A stretch of DNA of 64,000 nt from the human T2T-CHM13v2.0 reference genome, Homo sapiens, in the NCBI RefSeq assembly GCF_009914755.1, contig NC_060930.1; one strand, 5' to 3'. Every line of letters begins with the position of its first letter. Position 1 is the stretch's first letter. A model generated the notes under the pieces. It was not told the DNA's origin and did no database searches. It saw only the letters and a list, made by a program, of their open reading frames with translations. Position numbers and translations under genes: made by a program. This document shows positions 45,064 through 58,800 of this stretch, piece after piece.

Positions 45064-45532
45064 GTAAAGAAGGCTATTAAAAGATTCTCCACATCATATA
45101 TCATTAGGAATATGCTAATTAAAACAACAAAAAGATACCACTACACATCCATTAGAATTGCCAAAATGCAAAATGCCAGCCACACCAAATGTCGATGAGA
45201 ATGTGGACTAACAAGAACTCCCATTTATTACTGGTCGAAATACAAAATGGTGTAGCCACTTTGGAAGACAGTTTTGACATTTTTTTACCAAAGTAACCAG
45301 ATTCTTACAATACCTTCCAGCAATCACACTCCTTGTTATTTACCCAAAGAAGTTAAAAACTTGTCTACATTAAAACTTACCCATGGATGTTTATATGAGC
45401 TTTATTCATTATTGCCAAAACTTGGAAACAACCAAGACGGTCTTCATAGGTGAAAATGAAACCAGCTTAACTGTCCCATAGAACTGACGTTTACCATTTT
45501 TTGGATAAATGTAGAAATTGACCCTCCTAGTC

Positions 45533-47553
45533 ATATAGAAAGAAGAAATAGTTATTCTTTCTGCAATTTATGCAAAAATAAGGCCAAGTATATGTCTAAA
45601 ATCTATTTTGCAAACAACTCAAAACAACTCAGTCCTACCATGATTTTTTTTTAACAAAAATAAGGACTGGAGAGAGAGATGTTATGTTTCAAAACTTATC
45701 ATACCTTTGTCATTAAATTCTAAGCTCATTAGTTATTTTAAGTTTTTGCATACATTTTTAGAGTAACCCTTCTTGTTCCTGTGAACCAACCAGCAATCTC
45801 GATGTGGCTCAGAAAAAACAAAAAGGATGGGTAATGTAGAAATCTGGATCAGTATTCTAGTTCTGAGCAATTATCCTGCAAATCCTGCCAGGTAAGGGGA
45901 ATAAATAGGGTGCCTATCACCCAGGGGTTTCCTTTGGGGAAAGTAAGACCAAGAGAGCTAACAAAAGCCAAGCACCATGCACCACAATCTTAACAAGCGT
46001 AAGTACAGCCACATGTTTTGGGGGCATATGTCACAAGACATCCTTTCCTCTCCCTTGTTGGAGGAAGAGTCAATTCCACAGTTTCACCTTAGCATTAGGA
46101 TTATGATAAGGAGCACATGCAATGCCTCCCGCAACCCGACACATTTTTGTCCCAAACTGAATTCCAAGCTTTGGGTCAAAGCCCTAGGAAAGAAAACTGG
46201 ATTTGAGGTACCCAAAGGCAGACAATAACAGAAGTTAAGAAACACAGTGCAGGTGAGCATGGCTGATTCCTGCCAATTAAGCCAAGCTTCTCATTCCATG
46301 GATAAAGGTCATGCTAATATTCATGGCATAAATGAGGTCTAGGGAATTCAAGGATACTGACCATATCTCAGGGGAGATAGGGCGCATGTAGATAAGAATG
46401 GATACTCCCACCCCCCAGGCTCCCCTGTTAACACAGGTGAAAGCCACTTTAACACTCATGGGTGGTACCCTGTCGTGTTCACTGGGACTCAGGAATACAA
46501 GGATGGAGGAGAGAAAGAGGAATGCCTTACATTCCCTCCCTCATGTACCTCAGGTATTTGCTAGGAAGAGAAAGGAAACAGGGACCCCTGCTTCCCTCTT
46601 TCTAGATAAGTAGTCATTTATCTTCTATCTGTACTCCTTTTGAAAGCATCCTAAACCCCTGGGACTCCTTTGAAAAAATGCCTTTTCTTTTTCCTCCTCT
46701 GTCCTCTCTTCACAAATAGGTAATTGTGTCTCCATACTGTGTGCCACTCCCCTCAGATGCATCCTCCAAACTGGGAAGAGTTAGTTTCCCAAACCTTAAA
46801 CTGGTAGGCATAGGACTGGGCTCAGGGGAAGGCAACCCAGAAGCCTGACATGCTAGCAAAATGGTAAACTTTTTTTTTTTTTTACCAGTTGGGCTTTTGG
46901 CCTGTCTCTCCCTGTGCAAACTGGTAAAAGGCCTCGGGATTTCTGAGCTGTCCTTACCCACCCCTTGTTTAATTGTGATATATGTTTTCTAATAAACCGG
47001 TCTGTCTCTTCTTGCCTTCAGGACATGAAACTCCAAATGGTCATGCAACTGGAGCTTTGGACAATGGGCCCTTTTGCTGGGGTCCCTTACATAGGCCTCT
47101 GAGGGAACTCTGACTGCTCTTTTTTCAAAACAGCGTGCCTGTCAGCAGGAGGCAGTTAAATTGGTCTTCATCCTTATCCTTATACTTATTTTAACAGCAA
47201 TTAGATGTACTTCTTTAGAGAGAGGAATGAGACAGCCAAGTAAAAAGAGTTCTCTGTAGAATTTCCAACCAGCCTGCACACTGAAAGGAGAGGGTGGAGC
47301 TTCAGGAAGTTCATGCTCTTTGCAGGCGGGAGGAGCCTGGTCTTTCCGGTTCCTGAGTGGTGACCCGGAATTCAGTCTGTGAGATGGGGGTCTGTTAACA
47401 GGAACTCCCTCACTTTGCTGGGAGTCTTTTTCCTTTTCACCCAATGAATTCCATTTTCCTCAGCCATCTATGTGTCTACGAACCTAATCTTTCCTGGTTG
47501 TGTGACAAGATCCCAGCTTTTTTTAGCTGAACTGAGGAGAAAGTCGTCCAACA
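45533..47553 (+). mobile_element. MER61-type provirus 3' internal region and 3' LTR (47228-47553)
   Basis: Non-coding MER4-group internal sequence, PPT agagagaggaa, LTR tgagacagcc...gtccaaca, then ttac. Confidence 0.82.
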
Positions 47554-48183
47554 TTACCACCTATGTATCTACTTTGGTGAGGTGTCTGTCAGGTCGTTTC
47601 CTCATTTTTTAATCAAGTTGTTCATTTTCTTAGTGTTGATTTTTAAGAGTTATCTTTATATTTTGGATAGCAAAGTATTTTATCAGATATGCCTTTTGCA
47701 AATTCTCCCAATTTGTGAAAGTCTCTATGTTTGCAAGAACCATTCAATATCTAGGTTGTTTTGTAAGTACTTTCCAATGGAATAAAACAGAATAAATAAT
47801 AGGACTTTTAAATATTGGAAACAAAGAAAGGAATCATTGTAATATGTACTTATACAACAATCTACAGAGAAACAAGACATTAGTTGAAAAATCATTATCT
47901 CTTAAATGACATTTCAACATATAAACTCAAGTTTTCTTATTCATCTATATTAATAGAATAATGTAAATAAAAAAGAACAAGAAGGTTTACAAATGCAATA
48001 AAAGTCTGTAGATCATCTAGTAATAACCCTTATTTGAAATGCCCAAGCCTAAGGTAAAGAATAATTTGTAGTGAGGAACATATAAGAAAGCTGAATAATT
48101 GGAAAACGTGAGATTAATATATTAAAATAGTCAATGTAAGAAATATTTCTTTCTCACATTTTTTTAAAAAATAAAATATGTCT

Positions 48184-48476
48184 GCCAGGTGCAGTGGCTC
48201 ACTCCAGTAATCTCAGTACTTTGGGAGGCCGAGGTGGGCAGATCACAAGGTCAGAAGATCGAGACCATCCTGGCTAACAGGGTGAAACCCCATCTCTACT
48301 AAAAATACAAAAAATAGCCAGGCGTGGTGGCTCGCACCTGTAGTCCCAGCCACTCAGGAGGCTGAGGCCAGAGAATGGCATGAACCTGGGACGCGGAGCT
48401 TGCAGTGAGCAGAGATCGTGCCACTGCACTCTAGCCTAGGTGACAGAGCGAGACTCTGTCTCAAAAAAAAAAAAAA
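48184..48476 (+). mobile_element. AluY (diverged)
   Basis: Dimeric Alu with Y-type positions (gatcgagaccatcctggctaac, gaatggcatgaacc, ggagcttgcagtg). Degenerate TSD aaaaata(a/g)aatat(g/t)tc. Confidence 0.88.
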
Positions 48477-49370
48477 TAGAATATTTCAAAAATGCCATTT
48501 GAGGTGAATTTCTCAAACTAGAAAAGTTACTTTTCATTTGGAAGAGGAAATGTACAAGGAAGAGTAAAAAAGCACTTTTAAAAGAATAGTGAAATTCTTA
48601 ATTTACCAAGTTTTCAAGACGAGCATAAGGGACAAGTCTTTAAAAGTAAAGAGCTTACAAAGTACTAAACCAAATTAATTTTAAAAAAATCTTAATTATC
48701 AGGTATCAAAATATGCTAAGGGTAATTATAAATAAAACAATATGATGTTGGTGTTGGAAAAAATATACAGAAAAAATGAAATAAAGTAACCATGTGAAAA
48801 CTAAGATTTATATATGTATACATAAACATGCGCACACATAAACATATAAAAAATCTAAAGGCATTAAAAGTCGTAAAAGAAAGAAAATACAAATAAAATG
48901 TGTTAATCTGCAGTTAGATAAAATGTTCTAAAGGTATATGAAACAAAAATCATAAAGGATAGATGATTTCAAGTATATTCAGAAATCTATGTGACAAAGT
49001 ACATCATCAAAACATTAAAAAATAAATATTGAATAAGAAAAAAAGAAAATGATTCTAAAATCCATAACAAAGTTAAATATGAAATATTTTGGCAAAGGAA
49101 ATGAGTAGATAATTAAAAGAAGAAAAAACATAAATGTCTAAATGAACATCATGAACATATTTTGTCTCACTACTAACAAGAAAATGCAAATTGAAATCAC
49201 AAAAAGATAACGTGTTACTCCTGTTACATTGGCAATAATTATAAAATTCTGTAAAATCCCCTCTTGGCAAGTGTTGAAATTGTCATTCTTTACACATGAA
49301 TGTTGAGAGAGAAAATTAATACAATTATTTGGATGGAGAAGTTAGCAGTTTTTCTCAAAATATGCATAGA

Positions 49371-49942
49371 ATAGGAGCAAAGAGGGAAAACTACCCCCTT
49401 CCTCCTCTGAAGGTTCACTGAACGTGAATTGACAAAGGCAGATTAAATGGAGAAAAAGGCATGCACAGTTATTTTAACAGTCATAGTATGGAGGAATCGC
49501 AGGAGAATGATTACCCAATAAACCCACAGGGTAAGATGCTTATATGCCCTTTATCATAGGGGAAGTGGAGATGGGGTGTATAAAAGTAAATGATTTCTAG
49601 GGGGAATGAGTAGACCCAATTGTCAGATAATGTTAAGGAGATAATTCTCTTCGGGAATTGAATGGGACCGGAGAACAAACAACTGGTTTGGGACAAAGTT
49701 TGTCTGAGCTCTTGATGTGATGTTTACTTTTCAGTCTCTTTCTCTGTGACATGAGTTTTAATCTTCTCCGGTTAATAAAATTTTAAGGAAGGAATCTAAG
49801 GCAATTGTGTTTCTCTTTGAGGATCTGGTTTCTACATAGGTAAGGGAACTTCAGAGAATATCCTATGCTTTGGGAAAGACAGTATGGACTGAGAGATGGG
49901 GTAATGGGAGGATGGTCAGAGGCCTTCAGGCCTTCAGGCTTT

Positions 49943-49975
<33 letters not shown>

Positions 49976-50302
49976 GAGGCTTGCTCTGACGCCCAGACTG
50001 GAGTGTAGTGGTGCGATCTCCGCTCACTTCAAGCTCCGCCTCCCGGGTTCACGCCATTCTCCTGCTTCAGCCTCCTGAGTAGCTGGGACTATAGGTGCCC
50101 GCCACCAGACCCGGGTAATTTTTTGTATTTTTAGTAGAGACGGGGTTTCACCGTGTTAGCCAGGGTGGTCTCGATCTCTTGACATGTTGATCCGCCCACC
50201 TCGGCCTCCCAAAGTGCTGGGATTACGGGCGTGAGCCCATGCGCCTGGCGAAGATGCTTTTTTAGTTTTATATTTTGGGGTATCCATTTTTAAGCCCCAA
50301 CA
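49371..50302 (-). mobile_element. MER39/MER34-group solo LTR interrupted by AluY
   Basis: Reverse complement starts tgttggggcttaaaaatggataccccaaaatat. The other end has ctctgaaggttcactga...gcagattaa...gagaaaaaggcat. Confidence 0.7.
49940..50249 (-). mobile_element. AluY
   Basis: Dimeric Alu (caagctccgcctcccgggttcacgccattc, caccgtgttagccagg) with T23 tail. Confidence 0.9.
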
Positions 50303-50887
50303 ATAGCCAATTCTAGTTCAAGATGACAGGGAGCTCTCATGCTTTCTTTTCTTTCCTGCTAAAAGTATCATTTATATCAAAAGGAGAAGGTGTCTTAAAA
50401 AGGAATGAATGTATAAAGGTACTGAAAACAATAAAAGATACCTCAGCAAATCAGGTATTATGAACTTTAGGTAAAACAAAGAATTAGTGCAACAAAATTG
50501 ATTAACTCAAAGCTCAGGTGGATGGAGCACTGAGCATGTAAAGATAAAGCTGAAACTCAGTAGAGCCTCCATGGAGCACCAGGGCACTGGCAGCCAAAGT
50601 AAGGGGCTGGGGAAGTGGCTATAGAATCAATGTAGGATTTCTCTCTCACTGGCCCCCAACACACACATCTACTATGCACAATCTTGTCCTTCCACTATTA
50701 GCATTTACTTCCAGTTGAAGGCAGTAAAATAACTTCTATATAATGAAGCCAACTGTTGGCAATGGACAAGTGGAGGCTGGGACTTCCAGAGCCAGGGTTG
50801 ATGTTACATCCAAGCTTGGCATTTGGAGCTGAAAGTCCATTCTCTTGAATTTCTTGACTTTTGCTTATGTTTAGTATAACCTGTCAA

Positions 50888-50888
<1 letters not shown>

Positions 50889-50920
<32 letters not shown>
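50889..50920. repeat. (AC)16 microsatellite
   Basis: Perfect dinucleotide run. Confidence 0.95.
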
Positions 50921-50923
<3 letters not shown>

Positions 50924-50947
50924 TCTCCTCATTCAAAAATGAATCTG

Positions 50948-51378
50948 GAAAGTAGCCAATCTGAAAAGGCTACATACACTGTATGGTTCCAACTCTATGA
51001 CATTCTATAAAAGTCAAAACAAAACAGGCAATGAAAAGATCAGTGGTTGCCAGTGGTTGGGGTATAAATAGGCAGAGCACAAAGATGTTTAGGGTACTCT
51101 ATATGATACTATAATGTGGATATATGTCACTACATATTTGTCCAAACTCAGAATGTACAGCACCAAGGGTGAACCCTAATGTAAACAATGGACTTCGGGT
51201 GATTATGATGTGTCTGTGTAGGTTCATCAATTGTGATAAATGTACTGTTGTGGTGGCGGATGTTGAAATGGAGGAGGCTATGCCTGAGTGGGGCAATTAA
51301 GGGGAGTATATAGAAAACCGCTGTGCCCTTTTCCCAATTTTACTGTCAATCTAAAACTACTCTAAATAATTATTAAAA
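50948..51378 (+). mobile_element. L1MC1/2-like 3'UTR fragment
   Basis: gccaatctgaaaaggctacatac...gtgaaccctaatgtaaacaatggact...ctaaaactactctaaa. Confidence 0.82.
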
Positions 51379-51535
51379 ATTAATCTGTTAATTGTATAGG
51401 AAATTGATTCCTAATGCTTTAATTAATTAAACAAATCATTATTCATAAATATGATCAGGTATCATCAGGCAAATGAGGAAAACCACCAGCAAAAATATAA
51501 ATAATCAACATAAACGATAGAAAAATTGTCAAAGA

Positions 51536-51994
<459 letters not shown>

Positions 51995-52249
51995 TTAAAC
52001 ATTTTACTGAAAAGAAGGAAATGGCAAGAACAATGAAAAATCTAAGTAAATCTCAGAAAGATTTAAAAATCATGCAATCAATCAGAGAAGTCAGAATAAT
52101 ATAAAAACAAAACAATTAAAGAAAAAAAGAAGATAAAAATATATAATAGCCATATTCTAGGCTCAAAATATTTCTGTATAGTATAAGATCAAAATATTTG
52201 CTTCACTAGGTACTGTCTGGCCTGCTTCCACCTCACTAATATTAGGCTT

Positions 52250-52500
52250 GGCCTAAGAAGATGCATTAAGAGTTATTGCATGAATCCACCATTGTTCTTC
52301 TCACACTGCCATGAAAACAGAAGATCTCGGATAACTGGCTGTATCTTCATCCTGGGTCCAGAAGGAAACAAGACACATAGAACCAGAGCCAACATGTAAC
52401 ACTTAACCAAAAGTAGACCACTGTTTGTAAGTCACTAAGATTTTAGAGCTATTTGTTACCTCGGTGTAATCTAGAGAAAGTTTGCCAACATAAACATTTA
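52250..52500 (+). mobile_element. MLT1 (J-like) LTR fragment
   Basis: catcctgggtcc...tgtaagtcactaagattttagagctatttgttacc resembles the MLT1 3' half. Confidence 0.55.
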
Positions 52501-53995
52501 AATAAAGATTAAGAGAAAATGCCATGCAAATCATCCAGCAATTAGGGTCAAAAGATGAAAAAATAAAATATATGTGAAAAAAGCTAGAAGTCATGGAAGA
52601 TCAATTCAGAAAGTCAATATCATCTAACAGGGTACCAGAGAGATGCATCAAAAAAAATTTAAAAAGTGGAGGGAAGCTGTATATTTGCTAAGTCTGGAGA
52701 AAGGCACAAGCCTTGAGATAATAAAATCCACAAAATAGCAAATAGGATTTCTTTTAAGAACTTATATTCATAAAACTTCAAGGAAAAAAATGAGGAGCAT
52801 AAAGTGATACAGAGAACAAAAAGCAAAATAATTACAAAGAGCAGATAAAATACCAAAACAGCTTTTTAAATATTAGATGCTAGAAGATAATCAGCTAAGT
52901 TTTCAAGTTTTTAAGGGAAAAATATTTTTAATGTAACATTTCCATGCCTAAGGAAACAACAATAAAACATGGGGCTGGAGGCAAGAGGGGCGAGCAGGAC
53001 ATGGTATCGGAGATATAATGGACCTATAATAATTCTGGAAGAATAACAAAAGGAACTTGGAGCATGACAAATAATAATTGTGAAGTAAGCCTAGAAATAA
53101 TTTAGTACATGCCAGGCCATTTATCAAGTATGGTGACCTGGAAACTATTAATAATATGGAGAAATGAGTTTCTTTCATTTGCCCTTCTTTCAGTAAGAAA
53201 ACGAAACATAATTCAAAATTCAAGAGAAAAATCATCAGGCAAGAAAAGCATGGTACAAATATAAACCTTAAGATTGTATGGTTTGAAAAAATTATTGGAA
53301 TATGAGAAAAATCATCTCTTTAACTTTGATATTTAAAACATAGCACTGGCTTAGAATTAATTACATAACTATATTTTATTCTCTACCAACCCTTATTCTA
53401 AAGTGAATAATATGTATTGAAACTTAGCATTAGAATTGTTCCTTGTCTTATGTTTTCAATTTTAAAGTTATTATAAAATATTTAGACCAACCAAAATTTA
53501 AAGATAATTCTATAACACTTCCATACTCATCTGGCTTAAGAAATAAAAACATTTCTGATAGAATGATGGCCTCTTATGTATAGACATTCCTAAGCCCTTT
53601 CCTCTTTGCTATATTCTCCAGTGGAGCCAATACTATTATTTAGGGTTTACTGTTTTAAATGTTTTTATAGTGTATGACATATATATAAACATATAAATAG
53701 TATATCATAAGGTTTTTCAGTATTTAAAGTTTATATACATTATTCCACATGGTAATATCAATATACAAGCTATTTGGCATTGGATATTGTTCTGAGAGAT
53801 ATGTAGGTTGATACTTATGGCTTAGATTCATTTCTTTTAATAACTGCATTGTGTTTAATGGTGTTTCTGGTATTAAATGACTACAATTTATTTTCTTGTG
53901 AAGAGATATTATGATATTTACAAATTTTTGGTCACCCTAGAATGAACACTAATGATTATTATTCCTTGTGCACATATTTAAGAATTTTTACATGA

Positions 53996-54755
53996 TAGTG
54001 GTTCTCAATCTGGTCAAATGCAAGACTCCCTTTTTATAGCAACTATTTAGTCACATGCCATTTACTCTCCCTTAATAATATTCTCAGGTAATATAATATA
54101 CCTATATATACATCTGAAAAAAACAGAAATAAAAGGAAAATAAATTAAAATAAATATGTATTTTCATATGTAACTACTCAGACCTAACTATGCTTGAAGA
54201 CATAATGAAGTAGGGAGATACGTATATGACCCATCTGTGAAAAAAAATCATATTGTAAAAAGAAAACATTTTTTATGTTGAAAATATACATTGGCATAGG
54301 AGGTAAATATGGAGTGTAAATATGTTGTAAATATATACTGATATAGGACATTTATAATGGCGACTTAAATATCATGAGCTATTCTGCTGGTGGTGGCAGT
54401 TTCAAAATGGTACACAACAGCATGATAAATTTACAAACGAAAGAAAATTCATTTCTAGAAAATTCAGCTTATATTAAACCATATAAAAATAATGGTTTTA
54501 TTAATATAAAATGAAGGTATAGCTGGACTCAGATTATTTAAAACAGACGTTTTAGCTAGGTGAATGTCTTGGAAGACAATTGAAAGAAAACCTCATTGTG
54601 GACAAAACAATTCTTCGCTGTATGGGATTATCCTGTGTATTCCTGCATGTTTACCTTCTGTGGTCTTGCCCACTAAATACAAGTAGCATTCTCCAATCAT
54701 TGTGGCAACTACCAATAATACATGTCCAAATCACACACTAGGTTGAGAATTACTC
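53996..54755. mobile_element. hAT-Charlie DNA element (MER20B-like)
   Basis: Inverted termini agtggttctcaa / ttgagaattact about 760 bp apart, inside old antisense L1 sequence. Confidence 0.7.
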
Positions 54756-55274
54756 AATTACCTACTTAGGAGAACTTCTAAGGATACATAGGAATTGCTA
54801 TATGTCCATGAAAATAATTGCTGCAACATAGGCAACACATCAGTATTTCGCCATGGTTGTCCCAAGTTACACATCATCAGTACCTGTAACTTTATATAAC
54901 TCCACATCTTCATCCACATTTAATGTAGGTAGAATTTTCTATTTTTGCCAGTCTTGTGTGTATATGATTTTTTATTTAGATCTCTGTGGTTCTTTATCAT
55001 ATTGAGTGTTTATTTTATATATACCAGCCATTACAGTTTTTTCTTCTTTGAATATTGAAACATGGCTTATAATAACAATTGTTAACATCATAGACATTTA
55101 ACAACAGAGAGACAAATAAGTAAATAAATTGTAACTATATTATAAAGTACTATACTATTGTTAAAAAGAATTAAATAAAACTATAAGTACTGGCATGAAC
55201 AAACTGACTATATACAGTGATGCTAGAAAATAAAGGTCTAGCATATAATGGAGAATATGAGCTCAGTTCAGTAT

Positions 55275-55646
55275 CGATATGCTTTGGTTCTATGTCCCCA
55301 CCCAAATCTCATCTTGAATTGTAATCTTCATAATTCCCACATGTCGAGGGAGGGATCAGGTGGGAGGTGATTCGATCATTGGGGCAGTTTCCCTTATGCT
55401 GTTCTCATGTGAGTGAATTCTCAAGAGATCTGATGGTTTTATGTGTTTGACAGTTCCTCCTTCACATGCTCACACTCTCTTCTGCTGCCTTGTGAAGAAG
55501 GTGCTGGCTTTCTTTTCCGCCATGATTTTAAGTTTCCTGAGGTCTCCCCAGCTATGTGGAACTGTGAGTCGGTTAAACCTCCTTTGTTTATAAATTACCC
55601 AGTCTCGGGTAGTATCTTTATAGTAGCATGAAAACAGACTAATACG
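55275..55646 (+). mobile_element. THE1D-like solo LTR
   Basis: gatatgctttgg...ccacccaaatctcatcttgaattgt...aagtttcctgagg...aaaacagactaatac. 5-bp TSD agtat/ggtat. Confidence 0.88.
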
Positions 55647-56889
55647 GGTATGTATACATGTACACACTTAGATGTTAGAAAAAGTCTTAGAAGGATATAT
55701 TTCAAATATGAATAGTCCTGCTCATTGGCAGGAAAAATCTGATTAGGTAAAGTGAAATGGCATTTCAATCTTTTCTCTACATTTTAACTGAAATTTTTTT
55801 GTGGATGACTTAATTAAGCATCACATTTAAAATTTAACATAATAAGTAATTAGAAAAAAGGAAGATAATCATTTTTATTAGGGTAGCAAAAGAGTAAGAG
55901 ATGGGAAAACTTCAGTTTTTCCTTAGTTGCTATTCACAATCTTATGTACATAATTCTTAGAGGTTGTGTGACCATGTCACTGAATGGTAGACAAAAGGGT
56001 AAGAAATATATATGAGAAACCCTTTCCTACTTTGTCCTACAAGCCAAATTTACTTTGTATCAGAGATTCCAATGCAAAAACAAAATGTTATAAGGCAAAC
56101 TCTCAGATGAACTTTTAAATACAGCTATAACATAATAAAATATATGTTGATTTCCCTATTACAATTTCCTCATTCGTCCAAGTAAAATTGTTGTTTTCAA
56201 CATTCTAGAATGCTACTATTATTATATTTGTATTTTTAAACCTACCAAATTCCAGAGTATAAATTTACATATTAAATATAAATCTGAAATAATAGAAACA
56301 TACCCTTTTATAAAAGCAAAAACCAAAATTGGCATACTTTCATGATTTACTTCCATAATTATTACTATTGTGTTGCTGACGTCTGTCTTAATGAACCACT
56401 TCTTATATGATAATCATGCCCAAGAACATACGTCTTTTGAGGTAACAACATCTAAAGACAATTTCTCAGGCTGCAAAATCATATTCCAGTTCTTTCACAT
56501 CATGTCTATGGGGCATATTTTACCTCTCTGTGACTAACAGTTTGTGAAACCAACTGTTGTGAAACCAACATATATATAACATATATATATATATATATAT
56601 AATTTTTCTAAGAAATTTCAGGGGAGATATGTGTAATATTTATATTTAATACTGCTATGAGAATAGATATACATTTATTAGTTTGTCAGTGTAACTCTTA
56701 TAGCAGCTGTGGAAGGGAGGAGGCGTATATATTTTCCTTGATTTTGGGGAAACATTACAGAAATATTTTCTCTCCAGTTCTCCCTTTAATGGGCTTATAA
56801 TTTGTAAAAACCTACCAAAGGCTCAATAACAGCTACGTTAATACTAATTGTAATAGTGTCTATGAGGTGTCTTCTATCTGCCAGGCAAT

Positions 56890-58620
56890 ATTTTTGATAC
56901 ACAGTATTTATATGTATTTCTGGGGTATATGTGGTATTTTGATACATGCATACAATATGTGTTGATCAAGTCAGGGTACTGAGGATATTCATCACCTCAA
57001 ACATTCAGAATATCTCTCTGTTGGGAACATTTCAACTCTTCTAGCTATTTTCAAATATACAATACATTATTGTTAACTATAATCACCCTACCGTCCTATC
57101 AAACACTAGAACTTATTCCATATATCCAACCATATGACTATATCCATTAATCAACCTCATCCTCTCTGCCTCACTCTTCTCTACTTCTGGTAACTATCAT
57201 TCTATTTCCTATTCTCCATGAGATTAATGTTTTAGGTCCCACATATGCGCAAGAACATGTGATATTTGTCTTTCTGTCCCTAGCCTATTTCACTTAACAT
57301 AATGACCTCCAGTTCCATCCATGTTGCTGAAAATGACAGGATTTTATTCTTTTTATGATGAATAGTATTCCATTTTATGCACATACCACATTTTCTTATC
57401 TATTAATCTGTGGAAAACTTAGCTTGTTTCCATATCTTGGCTATTGTGAATAGTCCTGCAACAAACATGGGAGTTTAGGTACCCTTTGATATGCTGATTT
57501 CCCTTACTTGGAATAAATATCCAGTAGTGAGATTGCTGGATCATATGGTAGTTCTATTTTTAGTTTATTGAGAAATCTCCATACCATTATCCAAGATTAC
57601 TGTACTAATTTACATTCCCATCAACAATGTATAAGAAGTCCCTCTTCTCTGCATTCTTGCCAGCATTTGTTATTGTTTCGTCTTTTTAATAAGAGCCATT
57701 CTAAATGGGCTAAGATGATATATCCCTGTGGTTTTGATTTGTATCTCCCTGATGATTACTGATGTTGAGAACTTTTTTCGTATGTCTGTTGACCATTTTT
57801 ATTTCTTCTTTTAAGAAATGTTTATTTAGATTTTTCCCCACTTTTTGATGGGATTATTTTTTGTTGTTGAATGTCTGAGTTTCTTATATATTCTGGATAT
57901 TAGTCCCTCATCAGATGAATCGTTTGCAAATATTTCTTTTTCACGTTCTACAACTTGTCTCTTCATTCTATTGATGACTGCCTTTGCTGTGCAGAAACTT
58001 TTTAGTTTAATACAGTCCCATTCCATTTGTCTATTTTTTTAAATTTTATGGCCTATACCTTTGAAGTCTTAACCATAAAATCTTTTCCTAGACCAATGCC
58101 CTGAAACATTTTCCTACTTTTTTCCAGTAGAAACATATAAGGATAAATGACAAAAAACATATGAAGGAGAGCTAACACCAATTCATTCAAACTATATTTT
58201 AAAATTTGAAGAGGAAGGAATTTTTCCTAACTCATCTTATAAGGCCATCATTACCCTGATACCAAAACCAGACAAGGACACAAACAACAAAAGAAAACTA
58301 AATGCCAATATCCCCGATGAACACAGATGCAAAAATCCTCAATAAAATTTTAGCAAACCCAATCCAAAAACACATTAAAAGATAATACACCATCATCAAG
58401 TGGGATTTAGCCCAGGGATGCAAAGATGGTTCAACATATGCAAATAAAGAAATGTAATACAATGCATCAACAGAATAAAGCACAGAACACGTATAATCAT
58501 CTTAGTGGATGCAGAAAAAGCATTTAATAAGATTCAACATCCTTTATGATTTAAACTCAAAAACCAGGCATAACAGTAACATACCTAAACATAATAAAGG
58601 CAATATATGAAAAACCCACT
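56890..58620 (-). mobile_element. L1MA4/5-like insertion with inverted 5' segment, inside a MIR
   Basis: Antisense 3' portion 56890-58128 and sense RT-region portion ~58130-58620. MIR halves at ~56825-56889 and 58621-58800. Confidence 0.8.
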
Positions 58621-58800
58621 TCATCTTCCCCACAATCATCCATGAAGTAGCTATTATTTTTACCATAAGGATATAAAAATTGACACACAGAGAAGCTATG
58701 TAACTATGTCTGAGGTCTCATGGCTGGTCAACTGTAGAGCAGAAATTGAGAACCAGGTAACATGAGCTAGAGCCCTCTCTCTTAATGACTAAGCTGTAAT
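58621..58800 (-). mobile_element. MIR SINE (other part at ~56825-56889)
   Basis: cacaatcatccatgaagtagctattatt...acacagagaagctatgtaact...ctgaggtctcatggctggt. Confidence 0.7.

Noticed and set aside
40841-47227. Possible gag/pol/env coding remnants in ERV internal regions
   Set aside because: ORF-track peptides show no retroviral motifs, consistent with non-autonomous MER4-group internals.
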